DNA from: an uncultured Desulfovibrio sp.
Lineage (GTDB): Bacteria > Desulfobacterota > Desulfovibrionia > Desulfovibrionales > Desulfovibrionaceae
Assembly (NCBI GenBank): GCA_910587035.1
Contig: CAJUMQ010000012.1
Coordinates: forward strand, 3,184-67,183
DNA length: 64,000 nt
Direction: 5' to 3'
The notes below the pieces were generated by a model. It saw only the letters and a program-made list of their open reading frames with translations, searched no databases and was not told where the DNA came from. Below are positions 61,978 through 64,000 of the stretch, in pieces. Every line of letters starts with the position of its first letter. Position 1 is the stretch's first letter. The translations under genes and the position numbers were made by a program.

Positions 61978-62099
61978 AGCGCTTTCCTGCTGAACAGGTA
62001 GGCGTTCACACGGATTTGCCAGCGGCATATCCGTACGCGAAATTATCACTTGGCGAATCAATCTTTGCCGTGGGATAATTTCAAAGCGAAAATGCTATG
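61975..62099 (+). repeat. Intergenic MITE-like repeat, copy F, between rplN and rplX
   Basis: Starts on the rplN TAG: tagagcgctttcctgctgaa ... ttcaaagcgaaaatgctatg; two internal hairpins. Confidence 0.6.
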
Positions 62100-62110
62100 A
62101 GGAGACCGGA

Positions 62111-62449
62111 ATGAAAAGTTTTCGCATCCGCAAGGGCGATAATGTCATGGTAATCACGGGCAAGGACGCAGATAAAAATGTGCCGCGCAAGGTTTTGAAG
62201 ATCCTGCGCAAACATGATCGGGTGCTGGTCGAAAAAACCAACATGGTCAAAAGACATATGCGTCCCAATCCCTATGCGCAGCAGCCTGGCGGGATTATTG
62301 AAAAGGAAATGCCCATTCATATATCCAATGTTATGGTGGTATGCCCCAGCTGTCACCGCCCAACGCGTATCGGTTACAGATATATTGAATCCGAAGGCAA
62401 GCGGAAAAAGGTGCGCTTCTGCAAAAAGTGCAATGAAGTTATGGAATAG
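62111..62449 (+). CDS. rplX: 50S ribosomal protein L24
   Basis: KGD.V.VI.GKD, GGIIEKE.PIH.SNV. Confidence 0.96.
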   Translation: MKSFRIRKGDNVMVITGKDADKNVPRKVLKILRKHDRVLVEKTNMVKRHMRPNPYAQQPGGIIEKEMPIHISNVMVVCPSCHRPTRIGYRYIESEGKRKKVRFCKKCNEVME

Positions 62450-62457
62450 GGTGAGAT

Positions 62458-62997
62458 ATGACACGCCTTGAGAAGATATATAAGGAGAAAGTTGTTCCTG
62501 TAATGCAGAAGGAGTTTAATTACACCTCACCAATGCAACTGCCAGGAATAGAGAAAATCTCCCTCAACATTGGCCTTGGGGCAGCAACCCAGAACAACAA
62601 GCTTATGGAGGAGGCCGTGGCTGAACTTTCAGCCATTGCCGGACAGAAAGCTGTCATCACCAGGGCTAAAAAATCCATCGCGGCCTTTAAACTTCGCGAG
62701 GGCATGCCCATTGGTGTGCGTGTGACCCTGCGCAAAGATCGCATGTGGGATTTTCTGGACAAGCTGATGAATTTTGCATTGCCCAGAGTTCGCGATTTTC
62801 GTGGCATTCCCGACAGGGGTTTTGATGGCAGGGGTAACTTTACCCTTGGCGTCAAGGAGCATACCATATTCCCCGAGCTCGAGATTGACAGGGTTGACAA
62901 TCCCAAGGGCATGAACATCACCATCGTTACCAGCGCCAAAACTGACAAGGAAGGCAAATTCCTTCTTGATCAGCTTGGCATGCCATTTCGCAAATAG
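62458..62997 (+). CDS. rplE: 50S ribosomal protein L5
   Basis: [25 protein letters not shown]. Confidence 0.98.
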   Translation: MTRLEKIYKEKVVPVMQKEFNYTSPMQLPGIEKISLNIGLGAATQNNKLMEEAVAELSAIAGQKAVITRAKKSIAAFKLREGMPIGVRVTLRKDRMWDFLDKLMNFALPRVRDFRGIPDRGFDGRGNFTLGVKEHTIFPELEIDRVDNPKGMNITIVTSAKTDKEGKFLLDQLGMPFRK

Positions 62998-63006
62998 GAG
63001 ATAATG

Positions 63007-63192
63007 ATGTCGCGTACTTCACTCGAAGTTAAGGCAAGACGTAAACCAAAATTTAGCACGCGCGCCTATAATCGCTGTCCTGTTTGCGGACGTCCCCGCG
63101 CATTTCTGCGCCAGTTTGGCGTGTGCCGCATCTGCTTCCGCAAGATGGCGCTAAATGGCGAATTGCCCGGAGTGCGCAAATCCAGCTGGTAA
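63007..63192 (+). CDS. rpsN: 30S ribosomal protein S14, zinc-binding (C+) type
   Basis: RCPVCGRPR ... CRICFR, PGV.KSSW. Confidence 0.96.
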   Translation: MSRTSLEVKARRKPKFSTRAYNRCPVCGRPRAFLRQFGVCRICFRKMALNGELPGVRKSSW

Positions 63193-63271
63193 ACACCAGA
63201 TGTCGCCAGGCAAAAAGCCTGGTCTATGCCGCCATGGCGGCTGATCTAAATTGTGTTAACAGGAGTTCTTG

Positions 63272-63652
63272 ATGTTGACAGATCCCATTGCGGATATGCT
63301 GACACGCATTCGCAACGCGCATTTGGCCCTGCATACGGAAGTGAATGTGCCGCGCTCCAAAATAAAGGCTGCCATAGCCGGAATTTTGAAGCAGGAAGGT
63401 TACGTTGAGGACGTGGCCGAAGATGGCGGCAACATTGCAATTACCTTGAAATATATTGACGGGCGTCCTGCCATCAGCGGCCTTAAGCGCAAAAGCAGCC
63501 CCGGACGCAGGGTATATGTGAATTCACGCGAAATTCCCAGCGTGCAGAATGGCTTGGGCATATGCATTTTATCCACTTCCAGCGGTGTGCTGGATGGCCG
63601 TACCGCCCTTGATAAAAAAGTTGGCGGCGAACTTCTTTGCGAAATCTGGTAG
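63272..63652 (+). CDS. rpsH: 30S ribosomal protein S8
   Basis: [31 protein letters not shown]. Confidence 0.98.
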   Translation: MLTDPIADMLTRIRNAHLALHTEVNVPRSKIKAAIAGILKQEGYVEDVAEDGGNIAITLKYIDGRPAISGLKRKSSPGRRVYVNSREIPSVQNGLGICILSTSSGVLDGRTALDKKVGGELLCEIW

Positions 63653-63662
63653 GGAGGCAATT

Positions 63663-64000
63663 ATGTCGCGAATTGGAAAATTGCCCGTTCCCGTGCCTGC
63701 TGGAGTGGAAGTCAAGGTCGGCCCTGAGCAAATTGAAGTCAAGGGGCCCAAAGGAGTGCTGCATACTCCTGTATGCGATCTCCTGGAATATGAATTGAAG
63801 GATGGTCATCTTACCATTACCAGACGGGAAGAGACCAGACAAAGCCGCTCCCAGCATGGTCTCAGGCGCACCCTTGTCGCAAATTGCATTGAGGGAGTGA
63901 CCAAGGGATTCTCAAAAGCCCTTGAAGTTATTGGCATTGGCTATCGTGTCGCAGTCAAGGGGAATATGGTAGAGTTGGCGGTTGGATTTTCCCACCCTGT
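63663..64000 (+). CDS. rplF: 50S ribosomal protein L6 (3'-truncated by window)
   Basis: ATG TCG CGA ATT GGA AAA = MSRIGK..P.P; continues to 'GV..GF.K.LE..G.GYR' and 'GFSHP' at the window edge. Confidence 0.95.
   Translation, partial: MSRIGKLPVPVPAGVEVKVGPEQIEVKGPKGVLHTPVCDLLEYELKDGHLTITRREETRQSRSQHGLRRTLVANCIEGVTKGFSKALEVIGIGYRVAVKGNMVELAVGFSHP

Overview
Chromosomal segment of a bacterium whose proteins look like those of Desulfovibrionaceae (sulfate/sulfite-reducing Desulfobacterota; inferred from protein families, not from a search). Most of the window is housekeeping: mscS, a livKHMGF branched-chain amino-acid ABC transporter, der, rluA-family, mtnA, fba-gap, hydE, a NikKMLQO/CbiMQO-type ECF transporter, mnmG, corC-lnt-prfB (with an intact +1 programmed frameshift), ihf/HU, dapA, dnaJ, rpoZ, ubiA-family, queF, ftsY and the start of the S10-spc ribosomal protein cluster (rpsJ to partial rplF). 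The best candidate for an undescribed system is 8.6-13.8 kb. A Crp/Fnr regulator lies divergent from a four-gene unit encoding a signal-peptide-less arylsulfate sulfotransferase (ASST) family protein with a Cys-rich tail, a DASS/SLC13 anion transporter, a glutaredoxin(CxxC)-fusion protein and an orphan lipoyl-carrier GcvH. A TGTTG-N6-CAACA palindrome sits at class-II activator distance (-41.5) from a TATAGT -10 box facing the operon. The unit may let the cell use organosulfate esters as a direct source of sulfite (hypothesis). Also seen: at least six ~125-150 bp structured intergenic repeats with related TA(T/G)(A/G)GC...TTGAAA ends (MITE-like, one inside the spc operon), a perfect 52-bp zero-spacer palindrome before queF, two giant multi-domain glycosyltransferases, a membrane sensor fused to a His-less pseudo-Hpt domain, and a degenerate GGDEF/MinD-like pair with a nearby membrane PilZ protein. 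No tRNA, rRNA, CRISPR array or transposase was recognised.
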